Source of the DNA: Eledone cirrhosa | Taxonomy: Eukaryota | DNA: 64,000 nucleotides | Assembly (NCBI GenBank): GCA_964016885.1 | Contig: OZ024740.1 | Coordinates: forward strand, 296,670,001 to 296,734,000 | Direction of reading: 5' to 3' | In this document: positions 46,822-60,175 of the stretch, in pieces | Layout of the letters: each line of letters opens with the position of its first letter | Numbering within the stretch: the first letter of the stretch is position 1 | Position numbers and translations under genes: made by a program | Notes under the pieces: model-generated | What the model saw: only the letters and a program-made list of their open reading frames with translations | What the model was told of the DNA's origin: nothing | The model's database searches: none

Positions 46822-47171
46822 AATACAGAATGTGTAACCAAAACCCCAACAATGTGTATACGAATATATACATTTTTAATATGTAGATATGTAAACTTGC
46901 TAAAACATCCCTATTTCACAGTTAGATGGTATCATAACAAAAACACCCAGTCTACATTGTAATAAGGTTATGTAGGTATCACGAAAACAAGCACCTAGCA
47001 CACACTATAAATATGGTTGGCATTAGGAAGGGAATCCAGCCATAGAAACAAACCACAAATAGTTCTGTATATGGCAAATTTATTATTTCAATTCAGTCTT
47101 TAGATTTCACTACTGGCTTCTAATATCGGGATGTTCATATGTATATAAATATATGTATATACATATATATA

Positions 47172-48833
47172 TAACCCACCATATAATATGGAGGTGGCCA
47201 CACCATTAGCTAAGATCTTTCTTTCCCTTATTACGAAGCATTTTCCCCCTACACATAAATATAGTAAAATTTTTAATAGAAATACTATTAAAATTTCTTA
47301 CTCTACGACTCCTAACCTTGCACATAACATCACAGCTTCAAATTTAGCTAAACTACCTAGCCGTAGGAACACGTGCAACCCTGTAGGTAGTACTAACTGT
47401 AATTGTAGGAATCGGGCTGATTGCCCCATATCCGGGAAATGCCTCTCTAGTAACATTGTCTACAAATGTAAGGTTGTAACACCCACGTCCCGTAGGGCCT
47501 ACATAGGGTTAACCGCCAATAGTTTCAAGCAGCGTCTTTACATGCATACCCATTCTTTTCGTTACCCTCTAAGAAGGAATATGACGTCACTTTTAGCTTA
47601 TATCTGGAGTCTAAAAGACAACCACACCCAATATAAGTTAAACTGGGAGATCCTAGCTAGGGCTAGATCGTATAACGGAAATAAAAGACCATGTGACCTC
47701 TGCGCCGCTGAGGCCCTGGAAATACTCTACGCTACAGACCACATCTTAAACAAAAAATCTGAGGCAATTTCGGCTTGTAAACATAAATTGCACAAAACTT
47801 TCCTGTATTACAGCCCCACGTTATACCTTAACGGATAGCACGATCTATACGTGGATATTTTACGTCTTGATGTGGGAGCTAAGTATATGTTTTGTTTATT
47901 CCTTTACGTATTTGCATAGGTAAGTATATATTACCCGTATGTTTTGTGAAGGTATGTATACCTTCTCGTACGTATATTTGACTGTTATAGCGTATAATTT
48001 TTACATATTCTGGTATTTAGGGTTTGGTTATGTGTATACGGGAGTTTTGCGTCCGCGTGAGTGTGCAGGTTCGTACGTATGGTGGGTGTGTGTATATGTG
48101 TACTTCTTGTTTTAGTTGACTTACGTCTCCGAACATTTGTGTATTTATATGTAGGTATGCGTGTGCGCTTGTTATATACGAATTTATTTACTTATATACG
48201 TTTATATAATTATTTATTTATTTGTACACAAACATACACACACACACATATTTATATGTGCGTGGTTTTGTATACCCATGGTAAGGTTTTGCGTATGCTT
48301 GTGTATGTACGTATCTGTTTGCGTGTATGTATTTATTTGTTCCTATTACTTCTGTATTGTATTTATTTACTTTGTTCTTAACTCTGTAGCGGAGATTCAT
48401 TTGGTCTCCTAGTTAGAATTTAGTCTACAACTTCTGCTATACCATTTACGTGGTTTTGTCTTTGCGTGCTATTGTTCTCCACGCTCCACATATGACTTAT
48501 TATCTTCGTTTTTTCGTTCATTGCCAGAGAACGTCTCTATGCACCACTTAAGAGAACATTAGTCTACGACCTCTTTTATACCATAAACGTGGTTTTGTCT
48601 TTGCGCGTAATTGTTTTTCACCGCTCCTATTAATGACGTATTATTCGTTTTTTCCCCGTTCTTTGCCAGCGAACGTTACCACGAACCAAAGTATCGTCTT
48701 CCTGTCTTCCTTCGGTTGCAACGTTTTTTGAAATATCCAGTTCTGCGTTTACAGATTGACTTTGTTAGTTTCAGAAGATCCCGTTAAGGGTGAAAGCAGC
48801 GATTCTTTGCTTAAACTTTAATCTGTTATTTTA

Positions 48834-48838
<5 letters not shown>
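47172..48838 (+). mobile_element. Penelope-like 3' fragment (family of 41890-44760), GIY-YIG frame intact
   Basis: ORF 47188-47838; flanked by (TA)n; degenerate HHR-like motif at 48764-48806. Confidence 0.88.
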
Positions 48839-48909
<71 letters not shown>

Positions 48910-49721
48910 CAGAGGTGTTTAAGAAGGTTTACACAGTATGCTTATTTATAATAAACATACAAGTTTCACTTATTTATTTTAAGTTGTGTTTGGTACAGAG
49001 ATAAGAATAAGCTACAGCTCATATAACTTTTTACACATGAAACATTGGTTGGAGATGTTCATTTGTATAAAGTGAGAACTTGACTGGATATGGTGAACCA
49101 TGCTATGTTAGTACTATTGTTAATTAATATGGTTGTGTTGAAGTGGCTTTCTTGGTAAAAGTGGAGGGTGGTATTTTTAATGATTTTAGTGATAGTGTTG
49201 CTGACTATGATGATATGAACATCATCACTGTTTAATGTCCATTTTCCACATGGGCATGGGTTAGATGATCTGTCCCATTGTGAGACAAACCAGGTCAGAT
49301 GACTGTGTCTTGCTGATACAGAATTAATTTTGGCTTGATTTCTACGATTGGATGCCCTTCCTAATGCCAAGCCTATTTAAAGTGTGTATTGGGTGCTTTT
49401 TATTGTGACACATGCATGACTACTTTACAGTATGGACTGGGTGCTTTTTGTCATGACACCTACACAACCACATTACCATGTGGGCTAGGCACTTTTTATC
49501 GTGACACCTACACGACCATTTTACAATCTGGACTGGGCACTTTTTGTCATGAGACCTAATTGACCACTTTAAAGTGTGACTGGGCACTTTTTGACATGAC
49601 ACCTATACAACCACTTTACAGTATGGACTGGGGACTTGGGTGGGGGAGATGTATGGGGATAGGGGAGATAAAACATATATAACATAATATAAAATAAAAT
49701 AACAATTTAGAGATTACTTAC

Positions 49722-49912
49722 CTGTTATAACATCCAATGCAAAATTTGAGATATAGGGGCGAATATCAAATTCACCTTTACCAACCATTTTGTCTAGTTT
49801 GTTACACAATATATTTGAGTGTTCTTCCATTATAATTTGGAAACTATTTAAGATATTATAATGAAATGATGGTGTCAACATCTTTCTTGATTTCAACCAT
49901 CTTGCTCCTGTA
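49722..49912 (-). CDS. CYP4V-like: Cytochrome P450 CYP4-clan gene, internal exon A (191 bp; C-helix WxxxR region)
   Basis: ttttcAG|TACAGGAGCAAGATGG...GTTATAACAG|GTaagt. Translates (S)TGARWLKSRKMLTPSFHYNILNSFQIIMEEHSNILCNKLDKMVGKGEFDIRPYISNFALDVIT, matching the CYP4 W..R.K.LTP.FH motif. Phase joins exon B. Confidence 0.93.
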
Positions 49913-50336
49913 CTGAAAATAGTAAACAATAAATAATATTATATTTATCTTATGTTTTAAATAACAACTTTTATAAACTGAATTAGCTACAATTGGAAAA
50001 CTCAGCCTAAATACTTATGCTGTTTTTTTTTTAAATATCTAGTCAGCCTAGGTTGTACAGACATATGATGAGAGGTATTCCAGCCCTCACCATACCATAT
50101 GTTACCTTTTTTAGTTTTTAGGATTGTGTGCTTTGGATCACATTATGAAATATTTAAGGCAATAAAGTTTGGTTTGTGAGAGATTTGGCTACAATTTTGA
50201 GCAAGGAGATGAAAGACAAGATCTGACAAACTCATTGATATGGACCCAAAATATTTATCTAAATGTTGTAAACTAGTCAATAAGGAAGCCTATACTCAGT
50301 TGTTCATCCTATAATGAATATCAGCAATATATATAT

Positions 50337-50372
<36 letters not shown>

Positions 50373-50505
50373 CTAGGGATTGTAACATCCAGTTACTGTA
50401 GGTTCACCAAAGTGAGCACTTGATGCGTAGTTTCCAGTAAGTATAGAGGTGTAGTACTGAACAGAGTGTAATAATAATTTTTTAAAATCGTTCTTTATAT
50501 ATATA

Positions 50506-51461
50506 CTAGTAGAATGGCCCGGCGTTGCTCGGGATTTGCTATAGGGTTCTTATATATTTGATATATATTTATCCTTATCGAACCTCGTGAAATAAATACG
50601 TTTGTTTATATTTTGTTATTGTGTATGCAAAAATATCTGTCCATAAATATATAATTATATATATATATATATTAAAATAACAGACTAAAGTTTAAGCAAA
50701 GAATCACTGCTTTCACCCTTAACGGGATATTCTACCTAAAAGCAGTATGCAGTACACTAAGACTAATTGATGTAATCTTTGGCCTTGTTTGTTTATATTT
50801 TGTTTTTGTGTATGCAAAAATATCCGTACACGAATATCTATATTAAAATAACATATTAATCTTTAAGCAAAGAATCGCTGCTTTCAACCTTAACGGGATC
50901 TTCTTAAACTAAAAAAATCAATCTGGAAAACAGGAAGACGATACTTTGGTTCGTGAAGACGTTCCCTGGCATAAGAATATATATACACACACACACTGAT
51001 CGCGTCATAATGACGTAATGCAGACAGTCAGGCATACAGACAGATATTATGAAAGCGCGACGTCATATCTATGTATCTATCTAAAAAGAGAAAGAGAAAG
51101 AGATCGCTAACTCATAAGGGAAGCAGACGACATATACACATGTATATAAATATATATAATAATAATTATAATATATATATATATATTTATTAAAATATTA
51201 AAGTTTAAGCAAAGAATCGGTGCTTTCACCCTTAACGGGATCTTCTGAAACTAACAAAGTCAATCTGCAAACGCAGAACTGGATATTTCAAAAAACGTTG
51301 CAACCGGAGGAAGACAGGAAGACGATACTTTGGTTCGTGGTAACGTTCGCTGGCAAAGAACCGTGTATACAGATACAGACATATACATATGGCAAACTCA
51401 CACACGCATATGTGCACATACACACACTCACATGTTAATAGATTTTACTCTTATTGGAACG

Positions 51462-51531
<70 letters not shown>

Positions 51532-51943
51532 TGTTAATAGTTATACGTCATGTATCTTTGACAGTATCAAAAGACAGCGTCTTTCACTCTCTCTCTCCCT
51601 CCCGCTATCCCCCTCTTGTAGTCTGTCTCTTTCTTTCACTCTCACTCTCTCTTTCTCTTTGTAACTTACATTCTATCGAAAAACGCTGTGACGAATGGGA
51701 GAAGGAGGAAGAGGAGAAAAAAGCCACTTCGTCACTTCGCCTCACCGTTTCTTTCTCTCCCCTCTCACTCCCTCATTATATAGAGACATTGGTCACTTCA
51801 CTAATTCGATCCCTAGGACAGAATAATTTGAAATCTTTTTTGCTCAAACACTTCCGGGGTCATATTTATTACACGTGTAAAGTTTGAAAAACAACCGTTG
51901 GGTACTTTTCGAGTTTTAGGGAAACAGACACACAGACATCCTC

Positions 51944-51955
<12 letters not shown>
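50506..51955 (-). mobile_element. Non-autonomous Helitron carrying repeat fragments
   Basis: Minus-strand 5' end TATATATAAAACAGAGGATGTCTGTGTGTCTG; 3' hairpin CCCGAGCAACGCCGGG then ccattctaCTAG|T. Termini resemble those of 63343-63739. Confidence 0.7.
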
Positions 51956-52002
<47 letters not shown>

Positions 52003-52080
52003 TAATAATAAAATTGAAGACTAAAATCCAAAGAGGGCTCGATAAGGAAAATATATATCAAATATATAAGAACCGTAGAG

Positions 52081-52109
<29 letters not shown>

Positions 52110-52114
<5 letters not shown>

Positions 52115-54692
52115 ATCAAAAGATGGTTAAAAGAGTTCCATGTATTTTATTATGCGCATTTCAAAAACAAATATCATCATGCAATAACATTTGTGTTTTC
52201 ATCAGATAAAATAGGAAGACATGATATGAAGGTTAAAAAACACTTGTGGATAGTGCAGTTTTAAATCAACATATGAAAAGTACTTTTAGATTGATGTGTG
52301 ATATTGGGGAAAAAAAATGTTTGAGGCGGGGGTGGAAAGGATGAAAAAGAGGAGGAGATGAGAGTAAAAAGTGGAGGGGGAGGAGTATAATGAGGAAGGA
52401 TGAGATAGGAGGAGAGATGGGTGATAGAGAGAGAGAGATAGCTTTTATAACTGAGAAAAATATATTGTTTTACATAGAGAGGTTGAAAAACCTTTGGAAG
52501 ATAATGTATAAATTAAAAGAATTTGAAAATTAACGAAGAGAAAAATAATGTAAAGTTAAGGTTTGTATATTGAAGGGTTTAATAATATGTGCGATGAAAA
52601 GAAATTGTTAATATGTATTAAGAATAATATTTAAGGGTTTAATAATATGTGCGATGGAAAGAAAATGTTAATATGTATTAAGAATAATATTTAAGGGTTT
52701 AATAATATGTGCGATGGAAAGAAAATGTTGATATGTATTATTAAAAATAGCAAAGGTAATGTAAGTAAGGATATATTGTGAAAAAAGTAGATAGGATGAA
52801 ACATGAAAGTGAGAAAAAATAATGAATTGAGGATGAATAATCTAACGTCAAAAAAATGTGTTTATGTTTACGAAGGATTTTTTCAAGGTGATATAAAGTA
52901 AGAATATATTGTATTGTGTAATAATTGTTTCTATGTTAGGCACAGTGAGAAAAGGTACAGATTAGGGGTTAGAAATTAAAAGAAAAAGAAAAGAAAAGGA
53001 AAAGGAAGAAAGGGAAGTGATAAATAGGAGTGATATAGAATGAGTAACAAGTATTATATAATGTATAATAAATAACTTTGAAATGAGGTAGAAAGATGGG
53101 TATATTTTTAAAGAAGTATATATATATATATGTGCCTTTGAGAAAAGGATTCTAAATTGATAAAGTTTTGGATATTAGCTATATACTTTATGGAATGTTC
53201 TGTGGAATTTATGCAAGCAGAGAGAAAACAAGTCAGTGCGTCTATTTATTATAGAATCTAAATTAGATATAATGGTAAATTTTTCATTTAGACAGAGATT
53301 GCAAGTCTTGGATAGAGAACTGTTCAAGTAGCAGAAGAAACTTTTTTCCAAGAGATGTTATATTTAATATTTTTGTCTTTCAAGGACCATATGAGTTCTG
53401 AGAGAGCCGTGTTGGTTCTTTTAAGTTGGTATTCAAAAGACGAATGATGATTATAAAGACGAGCTTTAAAGGAGGTGGAAGTGGAGCCAAAATAGGTGAA
53501 GGAATTGGTGTCAGTTATAACTTTACATTCGTAGATTAAGTTTTTATCAAGACAATGGTTGTTGAGAGGACATTTATTTTTAGCAGGACAATTGCAATTG
53601 CGATTAGAGAGATTATTAACGAGTGACCTAGTTTTATATATAGAAGGAATTGGATTGGAGAAGTTATTTGCGATAGGAATAATAGTTTCTTGATTTAGAA
53701 TGGGATTAAGAACATTTAGCGAAGTTGTGTTTGACGTTGTATTTGGGTTTGCAGAAATTAGCCTAGAGTTTACAATGACGTCGGGAGTACTATTACTATT
53801 ATTATGATATTCAGTGTTGGAAGGAAGAGATTTAGTATTTAGTATTTTATTGTTGTGTTTAGAGATAATGTTGGAAATGTTGGAGGATGTCGAATAGGAA
53901 AATTTTATAGTGTGTTTGTTAAATATTTTACTATAGATATGTGAGGGAGGGAAGCATTTATTTAAGGCACTAAAGAATAATTTAGGAATATTATTATTAA
54001 TAGAGATGGAGAAAGGAGCATTATACCAGATTATGTTTTTGTATCTAGGTCTTTTATTAAAGTTATTGGAATGATCATGATTAATTATTCTACTGTAAGA
54101 TCTTCTAGAATTTGTTTCTTTATTATATTTGATTTTATCAGGATAGCCGGCTTTAGAAAGCGCGTTATTATAGTAATTGGCGTTAGCATCAAAGATGTTT
54201 TTATTAGAAGATAGGTTAGATATTCTTTTTCCAATATTACTAACTATAGCATTCTTAATATTAGTAGGGTGGTTAGATTTAAAATTAACATAATTTAGGT
54301 TCTCATTGTTTTTATGGTAAGGGTAATATAGGCCAGTGTCAAGATTAAGAGATACATCCAAGAAATTAGCTAGTTTGATGCTGTTATCAAATTCAATTTT
54401 TAGGTTATGTTGGTTAAAGAGATTACGTATATTGTTCTTAATAATATTAAGGTTAACTATGTTGCAATTTAAGATAGTAAAGAGTCCATCGTCACGATAA
54501 ATTCCACCGCGAAGTTGAGGAATTTTCCGACTCAAAGAGTTCAAAATAAAGATACCAATTAAATCTGTCAATTGGGATGAATCGGATGCTCCCATTGTGA
54601 TGTCGAAGTTATTAGAGGTATCAGCTCTGGTCCAATATTCATTATTGAACTCTAGAATGGTTTTACGTGCGGTGAGAATGATGTGAAGTTCA

Positions 54693-54697
<5 letters not shown>
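52110..54697 (-). mobile_element. Penelope-like element (YRDD RT, GIY-YIG, 3' UTR), 5'-truncated at (TA)n
   Basis: 457-aa ORF with FDITMGA, GGIYRDDGL, FLDV, SNHP, WYN.PF, CNCP and YFGST. Frameshift before C.LC..EK. A 60-bp tandem repeat lies at 52573-52740. Confidence 0.92.
52143..52213 (-). ncRNA. Type I hammerhead ribozyme (canonical)
   Basis: tattttat CTGATGA aaac-acaaatgttatt-gcat-gatgatatttgt-tttt GAAA tgcgca TA^ataaaata. 8-bp stem I, long stem II, palindromic stem III. Confidence 0.85.
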
Positions 54698-54747
<50 letters not shown>

Positions 54748-54897
54748 AGATTCAAGACCCTGATGACTGAGCTCCAGCCATTTTGACAGCTAGTTCTGAA
54801 CTAAAGCCATATTACCCACTCTACTACCCCAAGTATCAAGTACTCTGGTGGGTTATGGTCCGCCTGATTTTTTACCACACCCTATCTGATATATATG

Positions 54898-54937
<40 letters not shown>

Positions 54938-55022
54938 TATTAAATGTGAAAATTAATTGCGTCCATAGGCAGTATGCCAATATGAGCACTTGATGCTCTT
55001 GAGGAGCAGAGTACCAATAATA

Positions 55023-55590
55023 ATAATATATAAGGAAACAAAGAATCAGTGTTGTATCATATACATATTTAATTACATATTATATATTACATATATTTCA
55101 CTGTCGATAAGCTCGAGGAACGATCGATTAATGATCAAACCTGACTCTAGAATCGTAAGCTCCTCAGATATGTGTTAACATGTAGACTTATGTCTAAGAG
55201 TGGTTTACTATAGCAGTAGACTTCAGACAGATGCGCCGCAACTCAAGAATGAATATGCCGACTTGACCACAGATAGGAGTAATATCTGCTAAGTTATAGG
55301 CTGCCCCCAACTGTGATTTGACTGAATACAAATAGAACAAGTAGAATGTGGTGATGACACACTCCTTTGATAGAGTCTGTGGCAGCATAAAAGAATGAAT
55401 CGGGATAATATCCAACCACTCTTAGACGCGAGTCTACATGTTAACACACATTTGAGGATCTTCCGATTCCAGAGTCAGGTTTGATCATTAATCGATCATT
55501 CCTCAAGCTGATCGACAGTGAAACATATGTAATATGTAATTAAACATATATATGATGCAACACTGATTCTTTGTTCCCTTATATATTATA
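55023..55590. mobile_element. MITE/fold-back element with about 180-bp diverged inverted arms
   Basis: 55023-55205 is approximately the reverse complement of 55414-55590; TA-rich ends. Confidence 0.8.
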
Positions 55591-55797
55591 TATATATATT
55601 CCATGCTAGCGTGGAAAATGGACGTTAAACGAAGATGATGATGATGATAATTGCCAAATATACTATACATACATTCCTGTATACATAGCTATTTCAGAGC
55701 ACCAATACTAATACCTAATCTTTGCTAGACCGGCAACTGCTCTGTTTAATCAGCTCTTCAATATTACTGGAATTCTATAAAAATCCAGCTCCTATAA

Positions 55798-55890
55798 TTC
55801 TCGGCAGAAGCGAAGGAGTGAATGGTCTTGATAAACGCTAACGAGCAAGAAACAAGACTGTCGGTCACTCTCTTTTGCTTTTGCCGAGAA
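55798..55890 (+). ncRNA. Putative hammerhead ribozyme, U3:A8 variant with extended stem I
   Basis: ttctcggcagaagcgaa.gagtga atggtc TTGATAA ac-gct-aacg-agc-aa GAAA ca-agac-tg TC^gg tcactc..tttgcttttgccgagaa. Confidence 0.5.
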
Positions 55891-55991
55891 TAAGGAAGTA
55901 ACATAGTCACTACTTTAAAACCCATACTGAATGGTCTTCAAAATGATTTTAATTAAACATACAGTATATTGCCAAATATACTATACATATA

Positions 55992-56074
<83 letters not shown>

Positions 56075-57681
56075 GTTAAAGTTCCAATATTCCTGTCTGG
56101 CCCTCTGGAGAATAGAGGAAATGTGTTTCCTTGAAACCTCGTATGACTCTAAAACCCGGTCCGTCTGTGTGGTTACATACAGACTAGCTGACACTCACTG
56201 TAAAGTGTCTAGTGAAAAACTGAGTACATGTACAGATGTATACATGTGTGTATTTATATGCATACTAATACTTCCGTATACATATGTAGATGTACACTTT
56301 AACTTAATTGTTTAAGCGTCAGTCATACAAAAGTGAGTTAGAAGCGAAACGAAATTTAATTTCGTTTCGTTATTTGTTTTTATATATATATATATATTTG
56401 AAAAAAGGAAAAGAATGACTTTACTTGTAGTTGATATTCTAAACAATTTAATTTTATAATTTTGCTATGTAGATCAATTCATATATATATTTTTTTAATT
56501 GATCCCAGTGCATTACTGGTACTTTATTTTATTGACACCATAAGGATGAAAGGCAAAGCTAACTTTGGTGGGAATGTAAAGGGACATAACTCTATGCTGC
56601 AAAGCATGTTATTCGATGCTCTACTGATACTGCCAATCCACCGACCTCCTAACTATAATATTGGTTTCTGATTTAGGCACAAGACCAACAATTCTGAGGA
56701 GATGAAGTCGACCAAATCGACCCCAGCGCGCCACTGGTACCTCACTCCATCAACCCCGCAAGGGTAAAAGGCAAATCCAACCTCGGCGGGATTTGAACTC
56801 ACAATCTAAGGAACACAACTCCACGCTGCACATATTGTCCGACACTCTACTTATCCGACAATCCACCGCCGTAGCGATAATAATAATATTTGTTTCTTTC
56901 TTTATTTATTTATTATTATTATAACAATAACAGAGGGCAGTGGATTGGCAGAATCGGTAGAGAGTCGGACACCATGCCTTGCAGCACAGAGCTATGCTCC
57001 CCTGCGGTTTGAGCTCAAACCCCGCCGAGGCCAACCTTGCCCTTCATCCCCACGGGGTAGACAAAATAAAGCACCAGCAACGCACCGGGGTCGATTCAAT
57101 CGACTCTCCCCTCCCCCAAATTACTGGCCTTATACCTATACCAGAAATCACTATAATAACAATAACACACACACAACTCTATGTTGTGTCGTAGCTAGAA
57201 TTTGTGCCACCCCGGACGGCCCTTGAGTTTTCCACTCCTCTTCCAAATTAAATAAACACAATACACATCAAACATACTTAAACCAAAATGCACCACCCGA
57301 GTCAAACCTCCCATCCCTACACTACTGACTCTAAGCAATCACCACCCAATAAAATAACACATACTCTGACATAATCGATACCTGATACATAGCGTCTCTG
57401 TATATCTCACCTCAAATGTTCCTCTTCGAGGTGCAGGCCTCCTGGGCAATATTTTTGTTCTGGGAGAAAACCAGTAGTTTCCCACGCATGCATGTCCCCT
57501 ATCTGTACGCCCCAATGCTGTCTAACAAAAGACCAGGGAACTGCTGCGGTTTGGCGTCAGTGTCAACGCAAACATTACCGTCAGGTAAGTAAAAAGGTCG
57601 GAAGAAATACCGCAAGGCATCACGTTCTAACAATTACACCAATACATTGCCATGATAACACCAAAAACTCCTAGAACCAGA

Positions 57682-57729
57682 CAGGGCTGGATGTAGACGT
57701 TCTAGGGCACTTCAAGTTTGGGGGCGGGG

Positions 57730-57780
<51 letters not shown>

Positions 57781-58300
57781 AGAATAACACCAAACCCGCA
57801 ATTTTACATATGAAAGTCGGCTAGCCCAAGTAAGAATTGAAAAGTTATACATACAGGTATTAAATTTAAAAAATGTTAACTATCCTCATTTTACACCCAC
57901 TTTCCACAATTGAACGTGTTTGACAGGTTGTCACAGAGACCAGACATATCTGTGTGACCTCATCTTGCTCATACATTTCATATTTGGCATGGTTTCTATG
58001 CCTGGATTCTCTTCCTAACCACTGTGCACAAACAACCACTTTACACAGCGACATCAAATATATTTTATTAGAATATTGTTCTGATAATAACCTGATGTCT
58101 CGAAAGTTGATAAAATTTGATGAATTTTGTCACATTAAGGGCACTAAATACTTTTTGTTAAAAATGTACTTTTCATTGTCAAAGGGATAAAATTAAAAAG
58201 CCCAGCAGAGGACACAAATAAATTACGACCATTGCTGGTGTCCCCCGCTGCAGGGGGCTTGAGCAATTGCTCCCTTTGCTCCCAATTAAATCCGACCCAA
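57682..58300. mobile_element. Non-autonomous hAT-like element
   Basis: Ends CAGGGCTGGATGTAG / TTAAATCCGACCCAA; 8-bp TSD GAACCAGA/GAACCGGA. Confidence 0.6.
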
Positions 58301-58669
58301 GAACCGGAGGTGGACTGGGTCTTAAAACCAGGTGACACCTATTAACAGACTACCAGACTACCAGACTGTTGGTCGTTGAGAGCCAAAGATATGATTTCAC
58401 TTCGCATCTAAAGCATGTTCTAATTTTATTCAAGTGTTTTTTTTTACCCAGCCCACAATAGTCATTTGTGTAGAATAATATAGACATAATCCACAGATCA
58501 TTTACTCCAGACAATCTCCACCCAACAGTCAAATATGTAATACCAATTACACAGCACATAGACATATACACACTACATCACAAAACAATATGACATAACG
58601 CTATGAAATACCACCAGAAACAACAAAACAAATCTACACAGCAAAGCTAATCTTATCTATATATCTAAC

Positions 58670-60159
58670 TAATGTATTGGTACGCGATGGGGCCCACCCA
58701 CAGCCCCGGCAGACAGAATGGAGAAGGCGTTTCCTCGGAGGACGGCAAGGGAGACGCGCTGGAAAAGCCACTCCAACTAGCGGGGCTCACACCTGCGGCT
58801 GGCCAGCTCAGCGCCTAAGGTGGTGAGTAAGGAGGTAGCCCTGGGGCCGAGGAGACCAGAAGTCTCCACTGCCAGGGGAAGGACCGCAAACCTGTCGGAG
58901 AGCAACCGATATTTGAAGAGTTTGGCCCCCTCAGCCCGACGTGCAGCGGAACCTGGGTCAGTCGCAGACTTCACCAGGTTGCGGCTGCAGAAAGTGTCGG
59001 TGCAAGTGGCATCTCAAACGAGGGGTTTGCCACCGCGGAACGGGAAGATGGTCATGCCATCTGGCCTTTTGCCGTCCCCTCGATCCATCCCCACCGGCTC
59101 GAGATGGGAAGGGAAGCCTGCAGCGTCCAAGCCATGCTTACTGACCTCGTTGAGGGCAGCATGGCGTGGAATGCGGCCGGCACTGTGGTGACAGGAAAGC
59201 GGATGGAGGCCGAAAGAGTCCACGGTGGAACCGCAGCGACATTGATGTGGCTGGCAGATCCGGAGGCCGTGCCTCAGGGAAACGCCGATTCGCAGGCTAT
59301 GGTTGTCTAGCTGCGTGCCAGTGGAGAAGGAGGGCAGGGAATGGAGCCAAGCACCACTGTGGGGTTTGGAGGCCGCACGAAAACAAGCAAGGCGGGGCTG
59401 GTCGCGCTGGAGCGTGAGCCTGTCTGAGGCCAGGCTGCACTGGATGGCATCCCAAGTGCGTTGGGGGGACTTGACGTCAACAAGGGGAGAAGGAGGAAGG
59501 ACGTCTACTGGGCTAAGTCCCAGCCAGTCCCACGTCTCACAGGCGGCCTCACGTTCTCTGAACACAGAGGGTTCTGTTGTGTTTTGAAGAGGACGCGGCA
59601 CGAGGTTACCGACGAAAGATACGCCGGCAAAGCTAGTGAGATCGGGGACCGGAGGCCAAGGCCGCCATACCTGACCTAAAGTGGCCTGTTGCCACCCTAT
59701 GTCGTCAAACTTGACGTTGCATATCCCCTCGGCTGCTGCTCGGATACAAGTATCGAGGTCAGCGAGGAGAGATGTCTGGATGTAGCATGGTGCGCTGCGG
59801 AGTGTATAGAGGAGCTTTGGCATGGCGAAGCAGTTCCTCGGCAGAAAGAGAGCTGGGTGGCCGTCAATCAAGCCCAGTCGGTCGTGAGAGTCTGGAGCTG
59901 TTGAAACCTGGACCTGATGGCGGCGCTGATGGTCGGCGGGTGGATCGGTGACTCGAGGATGAGGATATCCTCTTTGGGGGCTCACCTGAACCTGGCGGAG
60001 AATGGACCGCACGTCCAAGACGGAGGCTACAAAGCTCGCAGCATTGAGGCAGAGGTTCACCACCTCCGACTTGGCCGAGTTGACCTGGAGGCCGATTCCC
60101 GCCAGGGCAGGAATCACCGATTGAAGGTCTTGGAAGACCGTCCGTACGGGCCCACCCAA
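58670..60159 (-). mobile_element. CRE-clade RLE non-LTR retrotransposon, 5'-truncated and frameshifted
   Basis: PKLLYTLR, WQQATL, SGAWL..LP, CRCG..D..G.H.LSC, RH..LN, EP, RPDG, DATC, PLAVET.G, FQR.S.AV.RGNA. Locally GC-rich. Confidence 0.8.
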
Positions 60160-60175
60160 CACACACACACACACA

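Noticed and set aside
48764-48806. HHR-like motif CAGAAGA-tccc..ggg-t-GAAA (also near 50700, 50880 and 51220 on the minus strand)
   Set aside because: The core has U4 changed to A, lacks U16.1 and has no convincing stem I. Kept only as a degenerate remnant.
53324-53326. TGA ending the PLE ORF as a possible selenocysteine codon (reported for some Naiad PLEs)
   Set aside because: The conserved C.LC..EK continuation is in another frame, and comparison with the paralog near 22500 shows a small deletion. Conserved cysteines that I checked in these ORFs are ordinary Cys codons.
54760-54766. CTGATGA that looks like a plus-strand hammerhead core
   Set aside because: It aligns to CCGACGG of the antisense HHR arm (about 2725-2731) and arises by CpG-type decay; no downstream GAAA or stems.
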